Positions 29,269 through 39,716 are shown, numbered from the stretch's first letter. The stretch: 64,000 nucleotides of DNA from an uncultured Gemmatimonadales bacterium (GCA_963708135.1 OY970192.1:2144001-2208000); one strand, 5' to 3'. Notes: generated from the letters alone by a model not told the origin. Numbers and translations are program-made.

Positions 29269-29354
29269 TGCAGTGGACGCGCAACCGGCCGCCGACCCGC
29301 CGCCCCGAGGGGCCACGGGCCGGCGGCGACCGGCGGTCCTCCCCGTTTTCCGAC

Positions 29355-29780
29355 TCAGTGCAGCTCGCCGCATGCCACGATCTTGCCCAGGTTGGTGGGC
29401 GAGTCGTGGATGTTGACGTAGTAGCTCTTGGTCGGGTCGAGTCCGACGGAGACACGCGCGGTGGCGGATGCGGTGCCATCGGAGCCCACGTTCAGGACGG
29501 GGTACGCGGTGGGCGCGCCGACGATCGGGCCCCCGGAGCCGCACGTCCCCTCGTGGATGTGCCACGGGTGGGCCTCGCCGGCGTTGGCTCCGCCAATGGT
29601 CACAGCCGCGGCCGTGCTGCCGGTGACGGTATTGACGTTGGCGCCGCCGGTGATCCCCGAATCGGACCCGGACTGGAGGGTTGCGGTGAGGCTGCGCGCC
29701 GGGACCTGCTGCATGGGCGGCGCGCCGCCGGCACAACCGGCCAGCGCGAGGAAGACGACGGGGAGCAATCGCATGCGCAT
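29355..29780 (-). CDS. CHRD/Cu-Zn-SOD-like lipoprotein
   Basis: Lipobox LAGC; HPWHIHEGTC; YYVNIH; VACGEL; AGGAGG RBS. Confidence 0.7.
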   Translation of the reverse strand: MRMRLLPVVFLALAGCAGGAPPMQQVPARSLTATLQSGSDSGITGGANVNTVTGSTAAAVTIGGANAGEAHPWHIHEGTCGSGGPIVGAPTAYPVLNVGSDGTASATARVSVGLDPTKSYYVNIHDSPTNLGKIVACGELH

Positions 29781-29856
29781 ACCTCCTCCTGTGTGTTAGG
29801 GCCACGGTGCCCCGCGGCACGGGGCGCGGGGGCGTGATGCAGGTTGGGGACCAGCG

Positions 29857-29903
29857 GCACGCGAAGGGCCGGGCGGCAATGCGCCGCCCGGCCCTTCGCG
29901 TGC
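29857..29903. terminator. Perfect 21-bp inverted repeat just after the S9 peptidase stop
   Basis: GCACGCGAAGGGCCGGGCGGC-AATGC-GCCGCCCGGCCCTTCGCGTGC; no U tract. Confidence 0.55.
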
Positions 29904-29905
29904 GG

Positions 29906-31987
29906 TCACTGGCCCGCAGCGCGCTGGGGGTGGCTGCCTCCGCCCCAGCGCTCGAACCAGCTCATGATGTAGAGCTGCGTGCGCATGAAGTTGGACGGCT
30001 TCGAGCCGGTGCCGTGGAACTCGCCGTTCATGCGGAGCATGACGGCCGGGACGCCGCGCTCCTTCAGCGCGGCGAAGAACTCCTCGGTCTGGGGAATCGG
30101 CGTACGCCGGTCCAGGACGCCGGTCATGAGCAGGGTGGGCGTCTTGACTTTGCCGACATACATGAGCGAGGAATGCTCGAGCCAGGGCTTGGGATCCTCC
30201 CAGAACGGCTTGTGGAAGAAGCTGCCGGTGAAGAGCGGGATGTCGGTCTGGCCGTTGAAGCTGAGCCAGTCGATGACGGGGCAGCGCACGGCGGCGGCGG
30301 CGAACCGGTCGGTATGGCCGATCGTCCAGCTGGAGAGCACGCCCCCACCGCTGCACCCGGTGACGTAGAGGCGGTGCGGATCGACGTAGCCGCGTCCCAC
30401 GACCGTGTCAACGCCAGCCATGAGGTCCTCGAAATCGACGCTCGGGTAGTCGAAGTCGATGCCGTTGGAGAAGGCGCTGCCGTAGCTGGTGCTGCCGCGC
30501 GGGTTGGTGTAGAGGACGAGGTAGCCGTCGGCCGCCCAGTTCTGGAAGGCGTAGTCGAAGCTCTCGTTGTAGCTGGCGAACGGGCCGCCGTGGATGCTCA
30601 GGATGAGCGGGTACTTGCGGGCGGGGTCGAAGGAGGGCGGCTTGACGAGCCAGCCCTCGACCCTGGTGCCGCCGGTGGAGGTGTACCAGACGCGCTCGAC
30701 CTGCCCGAGGTGGATCCCCTGCAGCACGTCATCGTTGACGGCCGTGAGGCGAGTGGGCTTGCCGGGGTGGCGCAGGTCGTAGCGCACGACATCGTAGGGA
30801 TGCGTGGGATCGCCGGCGAGGCCGACGGCGATCAGGTCGTGGCCGAGCGAAGCGAGCGAGAGCATGTGCTCGCCGGTCGTGAGCTGCCTGAGCGCGCCAT
30901 GGAGCGCGGCGTAGTGGACGTTGCGTGCGCCCTCATCAATGGCGTCGAAGTAGATGCCGGCGCCGTCGGGCGCCCAGGTAAGATCCTGTGGATCCCGGTC
31001 GAGGCTGGTGCTCAGGTCGCGCATCCCCGAGCCGTCGGTGCCGACGACCCAGAGGTCGCTTGTGGTGTGCGTGTGCGGCGCCGTCGCGTAGCCGGCGAAG
31101 GCGATCGTGCGGCCATCGGGCGAGACGGCCGGATCGGCCCAGAAGCCGGGCCGGTCGACGACGGTGCGGACATTGCCGGTGGCGAGATCAACGGCGTAGA
31201 TCGAGGCCTTCTGGTAGGCGAGATCTCCGTTCTCCCCGCGCAGCCCGTCGAAGACGATGGTTGTGCCGTCGGGGGTCCAGTCCAGGCCGGCGCCCTGGCC
31301 GAGGTCGTCGAAGCGGGCGCCCACGTTCCACTCGCCGTGCGTGAGCTGGCGCGGCGTGCCGCCATCTGCGGGGACCACGAAGAGGTGTGTGTATCCCGGG
31401 TCGGTGAAGCCGACGCGGTCCTGGTTATAGTGGAGGCGGTCAACCATCATCGGCGCGGGCGTCCACTTCGCGCCAGCGGGCGCCTTGGGCAGGTCGATGT
31501 GCCAGCTGTCGTGATCCGGGACGAACATGGTGAAGGCGATGCTCTTCCCATCGGGCGACCAGTGGGGGCTCATCGGCCGCTCCACCACGCGCGTGACCTG
31601 GGAGACGGCGTCGGTGCCGTCCATCCAGCGCACGAACAGCTGTGAGCCGGTGGGGTCTCCCTTCGCGAGGTAGAGGATGCGCGAGCCGTCGGGCGCCCAG
31701 CGGGCTCCGCTCCCCTCGGCCACGAACTGCTGGTGCGAGCCGTCGGCATTCATCAGCCACACGGCGGATTCCCTCTTGTCCTCCAGCTTGTCAACCCAGC
31801 TCCGGGTGAAGACCACTCGCCGGCCGTCGGGCGAGAGCTGCGGGTCGGAGACCCACTCCCAGTCGAGGTAGTGGTCCACGGTGAGGAGCGTGTCGGAGGG
31901 CGTCTCCTGCGCCGCGGCGGCCGGGGGCGCCGGCAGCCACGCGAGCGCGAGCGACGCCACAATGGGGACCATGCGGAGTCGGGACAT
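29906..31987 (-). CDS. Secreted S9 family peptidase (beta-propeller plus alpha/beta hydrolase)
   Basis: Signal peptide, PD40 repeats (WSPDG), HGGP, NPRGS, GCSGGG nucleophile, D and H triad residues. Confidence 0.93.
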   Translation of the reverse strand: MSRLRMVPIVASLALAWLPAPPAAAAQETPSDTLLTVDHYLDWEWVSDPQLSPDGRRVVFTRSWVDKLEDKRESAVWLMNADGSHQQFVAEGSGARWAPDGSRILYLAKGDPTGSQLFVRWMDGTDAVSQVTRVVERPMSPHWSPDGKSIAFTMFVPDHDSWHIDLPKAPAGAKWTPAPMMVDRLHYNQDRVGFTDPGYTHLFVVPADGGTPRQLTHGEWNVGARFDDLGQGAGLDWTPDGTTIVFDGLRGENGDLAYQKASIYAVDLATGNVRTVVDRPGFWADPAVSPDGRTIAFAGYATAPHTHTTSDLWVVGTDGSGMRDLSTSLDRDPQDLTWAPDGAGIYFDAIDEGARNVHYAALHGALRQLTTGEHMLSLASLGHDLIAVGLAGDPTHPYDVVRYDLRHPGKPTRLTAVNDDVLQGIHLGQVERVWYTSTGGTRVEGWLVKPPSFDPARKYPLILSIHGGPFASYNESFDYAFQNWAADGYLVLYTNPRGSTSYGSAFSNGIDFDYPSVDFEDLMAGVDTVVGRGYVDPHRLYVTGCSGGGVLSSWTIGHTDRFAAAAVRCPVIDWLSFNGQTDIPLFTGSFFHKPFWEDPKPWLEHSSLMYVGKVKTPTLLMTGVLDRRTPIPQTEEFFAALKERGVPAVMLRMNGEFHGTGSKPSNFMRTQLYIMSWFERWGGGSHPQRAAGQ

Positions 31988-32201
31988 GGGCTCTCCCTGT
32001 TTGCTGTGGACGAGGGCACGGCACGCGGGGGGACCGCGCGCTGGATATGCCTGTGGCTCGTGAGGAATCGCACTACGGTAAGGCGTTCGGGCGCGTCACG
32101 CCAGAGCGGCGGAGGCGGCGGGCACTGGACCTGAACTTGCGCTTGCGGAGGCAGTGGCGCGGGCGGGTCGCGCCGGGAAGGGACCGAACCGGAGAGAGGG
32201 T

Positions 32202-33464
32202 ATGAGGGAATCCCACGTGCCACGCACGGAGGCAGCGGGCCGGCCGGCCGATCCGCGCGCGGCGCAATGCCTCGCGCGCCGGCTGCGGGACGCGCGGGCG
32301 AGCCTGACGTACCGCTGGCTGGAGCGCATCGCGGAGCGCGTATCCGTTGAGCGGGACGAGGTGTTTCCGAGCGAGGCGCTGCTGAACCACGTGCCGCTGC
32401 TGATCGAGGCGATCGCGGGCGCGCTGGAGCAGGGCGGCGAGGGGGGCACGGCCGAGCAGGCGGTGCTGTCGAAGGCGGCGGAGCTCGGGGAGACGCGCTA
32501 CCGACAGGGGTTCAGCCCGTACCAGGTGCTGAAGGAGTTCGAGGTGCTGGGCGGGATCCTGCTCTCGTACCTGACGGAGATCGCGCCGGACGCGGTGCCG
32601 GATGCGACGCCGCGCGACACGTTCCTCGTCGCGCACCGGATGCACCGGGCGCTGTCCGCGATCCAGCAGGCGACGGCGGCGAAGCACCTCTCGCTCGGCG
32701 CCCTGCGCGTGCACGCGCGGGAGCAGCGGCTGCGGAGCCTGCACACGCACGTGGAGCGGCACGTGAAGGCGCGCCTGGACCGGAGTCTCGAGCTGGCGCG
32801 GGAGGCGGCCGCGGACGTCGCGGCGCCGGATCCCGCGGTGGCGAAGCGGTGGCGGGACCGCGCGCGCGAGCTGGCGGGGAGCCTGGAGGTCCTGCGGGCG
32901 CAGATCGATTCTGTGCTGGCGCTCTCGGCGGTGGGGGAGAGCGCACGGCAGCAGCAGAACGTGCCGCTGGCGGCGGCGGTGGCGGAGGCCGTGCGGCAGG
33001 TGCGGGAGGGTGCGGACGGGCGCGGCATCACGCTCGAGGTGCTCGATCCGGTGCCGGACGTGGAGGTGAACGCGGCGGCGGTCGAGCTCGGCCTTCTGAG
33101 CTACCTGAACGCGGCGATCCGCTACGCGTCCGCCCCGCGCGGCGAGGCGTGGGTCCGGGTCCACGCGGCTGTCGTGCCGACGCGAGAGGGCGGAGATCAC
33201 GAGCTGGTGGTCGAGGTCCACGACAGCGGTCGCGCGGTGCCGGAGGACGCGACCAGCGAGCTTCTGGACCGCTACCTGAAGCCGTTCGGCGAGCCGGAGG
33301 AGCGGGCCGCGTCCGGGCTCGGCCTGAGCTTCGTGCGCGACATCGTCGAGGCGCTCGGAGGGCGCGCGTGGGCCAGGCAGGGGGAGAGGCCGGCGGATGC
33401 GGTCTTCGCCTTTGCCCTTCCCTGCCGGCGCGCCGAAGATGCGCGGGCGCCGGCCGGCGGCTGA
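32202..33464 (+). CDS. Histidine-kinase-like protein (RsbRD_N-like N-terminus plus HATPase_c) with degenerate H- and N-boxes
   Basis: VEVHDSG (G1) and SGLGLSFVRDIVEALGG (G2); no canonical HELxxPL motif. Confidence 0.75.
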   Translation: MRESHVPRTEAAGRPADPRAAQCLARRLRDARASLTYRWLERIAERVSVERDEVFPSEALLNHVPLLIEAIAGALEQGGEGGTAEQAVLSKAAELGETRYRQGFSPYQVLKEFEVLGGILLSYLTEIAPDAVPDATPRDTFLVAHRMHRALSAIQQATAAKHLSLGALRVHAREQRLRSLHTHVERHVKARLDRSLELAREAAADVAAPDPAVAKRWRDRARELAGSLEVLRAQIDSVLALSAVGESARQQQNVPLAAAVAEAVRQVREGADGRGITLEVLDPVPDVEVNAAAVELGLLSYLNAAIRYASAPRGEAWVRVHAAVVPTREGGDHELVVEVHDSGRAVPEDATSELLDRYLKPFGEPEERAASGLGLSFVRDIVEALGGRAWARQGERPADAVFAFALPCRRAEDARAPAGG

Positions 33465-33555
33465 GCCGGCGAGGAAGCGGCCGCACTGGTGCGGGAGCTC
33501 GGGCCGCGTGTAGGTTTCCGCCTCGCCAGGAGGACCGCCCTGCGGCCCGCTTCCG

Positions 33556-34263
33556 ATGCCCCGAACCGCCACCGCGATGCCGCCGACGGAACCCACGCAG
33601 CCGCACGCCCCCGGGCCGCGGACGACCGTGGCGCCGACCCCGGCGCACGGCCGTGCCACCTCCTGGATCCGCTTTCTCCTCATCGCCGGCGCGGCGCTCG
33701 CGTTCGCGCACCTGCTCGACCGGGCCGCCTACACGCTGCTCTACGACCCGCACGTATACGACCACGACTGGGGCCGGATGCTGCGGAGCCTGGGCTTCCT
33801 GCCGGTGTGGCTGATCGGCGCCCTGGCGCTGGCGCTGGCCGGCCCGGCCGAGCCGGGCCCGGCGCGGGATGCCGCGCGATGGCGGGGCCTGCTGCTCGTC
33901 CTCGGCCCGACGCTGGCGGGGATCGCAGGGGAGCTGCTGAAGCTGGTGATCCGGCGGGAGCGGCCGTGGGCGGCGCACGGCGCCTACGTCTTCCGGCCCT
34001 GGTCGGTCCGGCCTCTGTCGAGTGCCGGCCTCTCCATGCCGAGCAGCCACGCGACCGTGGCCTTCGGCGCGGCCTTCGTGCTGGCGCGCCTGTACCCGCG
34101 GACGGCGTTCGTCTGGTTCGCGCTCGCGGCGGGATGCTCGCTCACGCGGGTGGCGGCGCGGGCGCACTTCCTCAGTGATGTCACGCTGGGGGCGATCGTG
34201 GCGTGGGCGGTGGTGGCGGCGGTGTGGCGGGTGGCGAACGGCAGGGGGCAGGTTCAGGTGTAG
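33556..34263 (+). CDS. PAP2-family membrane phosphatase
   Basis: KLVIRRERP, PSSH, TRVAARAHFLSD. Confidence 0.88.
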   Translation: MPRTATAMPPTEPTQPHAPGPRTTVAPTPAHGRATSWIRFLLIAGAALAFAHLLDRAAYTLLYDPHVYDHDWGRMLRSLGFLPVWLIGALALALAGPAEPGPARDAARWRGLLLVLGPTLAGIAGELLKLVIRRERPWAAHGAYVFRPWSVRPLSSAGLSMPSSHATVAFGAAFVLARLYPRTAFVWFALAAGCSLTRVAARAHFLSDVTLGAIVAWAVVAAVWRVANGRGQVQV

Positions 34264-34533
34264 GGGCACGTTCAGGTGGACGGGCAGGTTCACGTGTGGG
34301 GGTCGGGGGCAGAAGCGGAAGGCAGGGGCAGGGGCAGGGGCAGGTGGAGGGGGAGGTTCGAGGGGGGTGACGCGAAGTGTCCCGAGGCATGTCGCGGAGT
34401 GAGGGGTCACGGGCGGGGGCGGTGTCGGGGTTGTTGGCGGTAACGTAGAGCAGTTCCAGACGTTACGGCGATCCGGGCGTTCCGGTCCCGATGCTGCATG
34501 GGGAGGGCGGCGAACCGTTGCGGGAGGGCAGGC

Positions 34534-35247
34534 ATGGTCCCGTTCAGCCGGGATGCGTTCTTCCTGGTGTTCAGCCGCTACAACGCCGCGGTCTGGCCGG
34601 CGCAGCTGGTGCTGCTCGTGGCGGCGGTGGCGGCGGTCTGGATCGCGGCGCTGCAGCCCGGGCCGCGGGGGAGCCGCGCGGTCTGGCGCGTGCTGGGTGT
34701 GCTCTGGCTGTGGGCGGGGGTGGTCTACCACCTCACGTTCTTCACGTCGGTGAACCCGGCGGCCTGGCTCTTCGGGGCGCTGTTCGTGATCCAGGGACTG
34801 CTCTTTCTGCGACGGGGGATCGCGTCAGGGCGGCCGGCCGGCTTCCGCGTCCCGGGAGGGCTGTACGGCTGGGGTGGCGCCGTGCTGGCGGCATACGCGC
34901 TCGCCCTCTATCCGCTCCTGATCCGGCTGGCCGGGCACACCTACCCCGCGGCCCCCACCTTCGGGGTTCCCTGCCCGGTCGTGATCTACACCTTCGCGCT
35001 CCTGCTCTGGGCTGAGCCGCCCGTGCCGCTGCACCTTCTGGCGATCCCGCTCCTCTGGGCGCTCATCGGAGCATCGGCCGCGGTCTCCCTGACCGTCTGG
35101 CCGGACGCGGGACTCACGATCGGCGGTCTCGCCGCGAGCGCGCTGGTGCTCCGGCGGAACCACCTCCTCCGCAGCTCCGAGGCAGCCTCGCCGACGCCGA
35201 CCCTCCCGGCCTCCCCGTCCGCCCCCGCACACCGGGGCCGGACGTGA
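34534..35247 (+). CDS. DUF6064-like membrane protein
   Basis: FFLVFSRYNAAVWPAQ, NPAAWLFG, FGVPCP; multiple TM segments. Confidence 0.65.
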   Translation: MVPFSRDAFFLVFSRYNAAVWPAQLVLLVAAVAAVWIAALQPGPRGSRAVWRVLGVLWLWAGVVYHLTFFTSVNPAAWLFGALFVIQGLLFLRRGIASGRPAGFRVPGGLYGWGGAVLAAYALALYPLLIRLAGHTYPAAPTFGVPCPVVIYTFALLLWAEPPVPLHLLAIPLLWALIGASAAVSLTVWPDAGLTIGGLAASALVLRRNHLLRSSEAASPTPTLPASPSAPAHRGRT

Positions 35248-36086
35248 GCGTGCGCCGGCTGCTCTCGGTCGGCGTGCCGCTCCTCGCGGCCGGCGGCGCG
35301 GTGGGACTCCTGGCCGCGCGCGCCCGGCACGAAGCGGCGGCCAGCCGCCTGTGGCACGCCCTGGAGCAGCCGCCGGGCCCGGGCAGCTTCGACTCGGCGA
35401 TGGTGGAGGGGCTGCCCGAGCCGGCATGCCGCTACTTCCTGCACGCGCTCGGACCGGGGACGCCGCTCGCGCGCTCCGTCACGCTGCGGATGCACGGCGG
35501 GCTTCGGCTCCGCCCCGACGCGCCGCCGCTGGCAATGAGCGCGGACCAGATCCTGGCGCCGCCGCACGGCTTCGTCTGGCGCGCCCGGGTGGCCCGGGGG
35601 CCGCTCCGGATGAACGGGTTCGACCGCCATGGTTGGGGAGCAGGCGAGCTGCGCTGGTGGGCCTGGGGCCTCATCCCGGCGGTGCACGGCGCAGGCGAGG
35701 ACGTGTCCCGCTCGGCGGCGGGGCGCCTCGGGCTCGAGTCCGTCCTCCTGCCGCCAGCGCTGCTTCCCCACCGAGGGGTGGAATGGCGCGCGGTGGATGC
35801 CGTGCGTGCCGTCGCCAGGATCGTGATCGACGGCGGCGAGGCGGTGGAGGTGACGATCGAGGTGGCGGCGGACGGGCGACTGCTGCGCGCGAGCGGCCCG
35901 CGCTGGCGCGAGGATGCGGGCGACGGCGCACCGGGCTACGTGCCGTTCGCGGCCGAGTTCACGAGTGAGGAGAGGAGCTTCGGGGGCGTGACCATCCCGA
36001 CGCGGCTGCGCGCGGGGTGGCGGCTCGGCGAGCCGGGGGTGGAGCCGTTCTTCGAGGCGACGATCGACGACGCAACCTTCCGTTGA
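35244..36086 (+). CDS. DUF6544-like protein
   Basis: GLPEPACRYF, GFVWRA, PPALLP...VEW; GTG start overlaps upstream stop. Confidence 0.65.
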   Translation: MSVRRLLSVGVPLLAAGGAVGLLAARARHEAAASRLWHALEQPPGPGSFDSAMVEGLPEPACRYFLHALGPGTPLARSVTLRMHGGLRLRPDAPPLAMSADQILAPPHGFVWRARVARGPLRMNGFDRHGWGAGELRWWAWGLIPAVHGAGEDVSRSAAGRLGLESVLLPPALLPHRGVEWRAVDAVRAVARIVIDGGEAVEVTIEVAADGRLLRASGPRWREDAGDGAPGYVPFAAEFTSEERSFGGVTIPTRLRAGWRLGEPGVEPFFEATIDDATFR

Positions 36087-36140
36087 GCCGCGCCGCCGCG
36101 GCGCCTCTCCCCGTGCGCGCCACATCTCGGAATCACGACG

Positions 36141-38918
36141 TCAGCCGTCGGCCCGGAGGGCGGCCGCCGGATCGATGCGCGTTGCGCGCCGGGCGGGCAG
36201 CCACGAGGCCAGGAGCCCCACGGCCAGGATGACGGCCCCAATGGCCGCCCAGGTGTCCGGATCCGTGGGCGCGACACCGAAGAGAAAGGCCCGCAGCATC
36301 CCCCCGCCCGCCAACCCGGCGGCGATCCCGAGCGCCAGACCCAGCACGACCAGGCCGATCCCCTCGCCGAGCAAGGGCGCAAGCACACGCGTGGGGGTGG
36401 CGCCGAGCGCCATGCGCACGCCGATCTCGCGCCTCCGTCCGGCGACCGCGTGGGCCAGCACGCCGTAGAGGCCGAGCGCGGCAAGCAGCACGGCGACGGC
36501 CGCGAAGAAGGCGAGGAGCGCGGTGACGGAGCGCTCGGGCGCCGTCGCCTCCCGCACGACGCTCGCGAGGGTACGCGCATCGTAGACGGCGATGCGCGGA
36601 TCGAGCCCATGGACGGCGGCGCGGACGGCCGCGACGGTTGCGGCGGCCGGCGCGGCGGTGCGCACGAACAGGCGCAGCTGCGCATGGGGATCGACAGCCT
36701 CGAGCGGGTAGTACGCCGCCGGCGGAGCGGGCCGGGCGAGGCCGGCCTGCTTCACGTCGCCGACAACGCCGACCACGGGAGCCTCCGGCACGGCGCCGGT
36801 GTCGAGCCGATGCCCCACCGCGGTGCCGGGCGGGAAGAAGCGTCGGGCCGCGGCCTCGCCGACCACCACGGCCGGCGTGCCGCGGTCCGACGCCGCGAGC
36901 AGCCGCCCCGCGCGCAGCGACACGCCCATCACCCGAAAGTAGCCGGGTGTGACGAAGTGGAGCACGACGGGCGGCGCGGCGTGGCGGGGGACGCGCCGAC
37001 CATCCACGGTGACGGACCGGGAGAAGAGGCACTTCACGGGCTCGAGCGGCGCACAGGCGTCGAGCGCGGCACCACCCGCGCCGGGAAGCGCGGCGACCCG
37101 TACGGCGAGCTCGCGCGCCAGCAGCCCGGCGGCGGCAGGATCGGGGGCGGCTCGGGAAAGGTCGAGGCCGAAGGCGACGACGCCGTCGGCCCGCACGCCC
37201 ACGTCCTCCCGCAGCAACGCGGAGAACGACCGCGCCACGAGCCCCGCACCGGCCAGCAGCGCCGTGGCGAGGGCGACCTCGCCCACGATCAGCGCCCGCC
37301 GCACAGTCCGGCGGCCGGGGCCCGACGCGCCGGCGGCCGCGCCTCCTCCCTCGCGGAGGCGGGAGGCAGGATCGCCGCGCGTGCCGGCCAGCGTGGAGAC
37401 GCCGCCCAGGAGCAACGTGACCAGGAGCGTCACGCCGACCGTGAACGCGAGCACGCCGACATCCGGCGCGAGCGCCGCGTGGTGCACGACGTCCGTCCCG
37501 CGCAGAAGCACCATGCTCCAGGCCGGCGGCGGCCAGAGAGCCGCGAGCGCGCGCGTGGCCCAGGCGGCGAAGACCACGCCGAGCGCCGCCCCGGTGCCAG
37601 TGAGGACGAGCGTCTCGATCAGCGCCTGCCGGAAGAGCCGTGCACGCCCGGCACCGAGCGCCAGTCGGATCCCCGTCTCGGCCCGGCGCGAGACCGCCCG
37701 CGCGAGCAACAGCCCCGCCTGGTTCACACAGACGAGCAGCAGCAGCACCGCGACGGCGGCCGCGAGGAGCGAGAGCAGTGAGGCGAGCAGCGGCTGCACG
37801 CGGGCGGTGAGGAACGGCGCCACGCCGCCATTCCAGCGGGGCGGCGCGGGCGCCTCCGACGCCTTCTCGCCCGTCCCACCCGTCCCGGATGCGCCGGGCG
37901 CCGAAGCGCCGGTCGAGCGCGCGACGGCATCGACCTGCGCGGCCGCCTCCTCCCTCGTGGCGCCCGCGGCCAGCCGCACCACCACGTTGGGCCCCCCGAT
38001 CGCCAGCGGCTGGTCCAGCATCGGCGCGTACTGCGGGAAGAGGCGTCCGGCCTCGAACGGCAGCCAGACGTCCGCGTTGCCCTGCACGCCGTCGAATCCC
38101 TCGGCCGCCACCCCGACCACCGTGAACGGCACCCCGTCGAGGCGCACCGTCCGGCCGACCACGTCCGGCCGCGCGCCGTAGCGCGTGGCCCACAGCCGGT
38201 GCGAGAGAACGAGCACGGCGGAAGAGGCGTCCGCCGACGTGTCCGCGGGCCCGAGCACGCGCCCCGCCGCCGCGCCCACGCCGAGCACGCGGAAATAGCC
38301 CGGCGTCACGAGCTCGGGCCGGACGCCGTCGGCGGCGGCGTCGCCTTCCAGGACGCTCTCCTCGAAGAAGTCGAAGAACGCGCCGCCGTCCGAGAACGCC
38401 GGCAGCGCAAGCACCCGCCGCACCTCGGGATAGGACCACGGCACCGTGTCGGGCATTCCCGGCGCCATCGGCACGACCTGGTAGGGGACCACGAGGCGCG
38501 CGGCATCCGGATAGCGCGAGGAGAGCAGAATGGCGTGGACCAGCGTGAACACGGCGGCACTCGCCCCGATGCCGAGCGCCAGCGTCAGCACCGCGACCAG
38601 CGCGAAGCCGGGGCTCCGGCGGAGCGTCCGCACCGCGTGCCGCGCGTCCCGCGCCGCGTCCTCCAGCCAGCGGGTCCCGCGCGCGTCCCGCACCGCCTCC
38701 TTGTGCCGCTCGACCCCGCCGAACGCCACGAGCGCGCGGCGCCGGGCCTCCGCCGGCGAGAGTCCCTCCGTGCGAGCGAGCTCGGCCGCCTCCATCGCGA
38801 CGTGGAACCGCATCTCCTCGTCCATGCCGCGCTCCAGCGCCGCGCGCCGGAACAGCGCCTCCAGGCGACGGCGGAGGCGCCGCCGAGATCGCCCGATCCA
38901 ACCTCGCGCGGCGCTCAC
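36141..38918 (-). CDS. Duplicated orphan ABC permease (ADOP family)
   Basis: DEEMRFH...ARRRALVAFGG prefix domain, TLALGIGA, RRREIGVRMALGA, IDPAAALRAD; GTG overlaps PadR stop. Confidence 0.88.
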   Translation of the reverse strand: MSAARGWIGRSRRRLRRRLEALFRRAALERGMDEEMRFHVAMEAAELARTEGLSPAEARRRALVAFGGVERHKEAVRDARGTRWLEDAARDARHAVRTLRRSPGFALVAVLTLALGIGASAAVFTLVHAILLSSRYPDAARLVVPYQVVPMAPGMPDTVPWSYPEVRRVLALPAFSDGGAFFDFFEESVLEGDAAADGVRPELVTPGYFRVLGVGAAAGRVLGPADTSADASSAVLVLSHRLWATRYGARPDVVGRTVRLDGVPFTVVGVAAEGFDGVQGNADVWLPFEAGRLFPQYAPMLDQPLAIGGPNVVVRLAAGATREEAAAQVDAVARSTGASAPGASGTGGTGEKASEAPAPPRWNGGVAPFLTARVQPLLASLLSLLAAAVAVLLLLVCVNQAGLLLARAVSRRAETGIRLALGAGRARLFRQALIETLVLTGTGAALGVVFAAWATRALAALWPPPAWSMVLLRGTDVVHHAALAPDVGVLAFTVGVTLLVTLLLGGVSTLAGTRGDPASRLREGGGAAAGASGPGRRTVRRALIVGEVALATALLAGAGLVARSFSALLREDVGVRADGVVAFGLDLSRAAPDPAAAGLLARELAVRVAALPGAGGAALDACAPLEPVKCLFSRSVTVDGRRVPRHAAPPVVLHFVTPGYFRVMGVSLRAGRLLAASDRGTPAVVVGEAAARRFFPPGTAVGHRLDTGAVPEAPVVGVVGDVKQAGLARPAPPAAYYPLEAVDPHAQLRLFVRTAAPAAATVAAVRAAVHGLDPRIAVYDARTLASVVREATAPERSVTALLAFFAAVAVLLAALGLYGVLAHAVAGRRREIGVRMALGATPTRVLAPLLGEGIGLVVLGLALGIAAGLAGGGMLRAFLFGVAPTDPDTWAAIGAVILAVGLLASWLPARRATRIDPAAALRADG

Positions 38919-39247
38919 GCCGTGGCGCCGAGGACCTGCTCCACCGCCGCCGAGAAGAGCCGCCACCCCGCGCGCTGCTCCTGGAACTGCCGCCGGCCCT
39001 CGGCGGTGAGGGTGTAGAACTTGGCGCGCCGGCCCTCCGGCGAGACGCCCCACTCGGACGTGATCCAGCCCCGGTCCTCCAGCCGGTACAGCGCGGGATA
39101 GAGCGAGCCCTGGTTGACCTGCAGCACCTCGTCCGAGAGCTGCCGGATGCGCCGCGAGAGCCCCCAGCCGTGGAGCGGCCCGAGCACGAGCGTCTTCAGG
39201 ATCAGCAGGTCGAGTGTGCCCTGCAGCAGGTCGGCGCGGTCCGCCAT
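38915..39247 (-). CDS. PadR-family transcriptional regulator (acidobacterial type)
   Basis: LLQGTLDLLILK, QGSLYPALYRLE, RRAKFYTLT. Confidence 0.93.
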   Translation of the reverse strand: MADRADLLQGTLDLLILKTLVLGPLHGWGLSRRIRQLSDEVLQVNQGSLYPALYRLEDRGWITSEWGVSPEGRRAKFYTLTAEGRRQFQEQRAGWRLFSAAVEQVLGATA

Positions 39248-39347
39248 CGCGGCCTCCGGTCGTGGGGTGGCAGGCGCCGCACGGGCGGCGCACGGGGGAA
39301 GGATGGGGCGGGTTGTTGTCGGATGTCAAGGTATGGGGCTTAACGGC

Positions 39348-39451
39348 GAGAGTGGGCGAGTGGGGGACCGGGCGACGATTGGGGGGGACGCCACGGCCTG
39401 GAGTGGGAGAGTGGGAGAGTGGGGGACCGGGCGACGATTGTGGGGGACGCC
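39348..39451. repeat. Two 45-bp direct repeats (59-bp period, 2 mismatches)
   Basis: GAGAGTGGG(C/A)GAGTGGGGGACCGGGCGACGATTG(G/T)GGGGGACGCC at 39348 and 39407. Confidence 0.85.
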
Positions 39452-39716
39452 GGTCACCGGGCCAGGCCTGCTTCGCGGCGGTGCGGACCGCGGGGGTGAT
39501 CCTTCGTCGCGGCGTGATCCTTCGTCGCGGGGCACGGGGCGCGGCGCACGGGCACGGGGCAGGGGCAGGGCTTGCGCGTCCGCAGGCACCGGGCGCATCC
39601 GGGGGCGGCGCGTCGGGGCATCCGCGCGGATCGGGGCGGGCGTATATTGGCGGGACAACCCACCATGTTGATGGAGAACCGGAATGACCGCGAGAACGGA
39701 AGACGGACGGCGGGGC

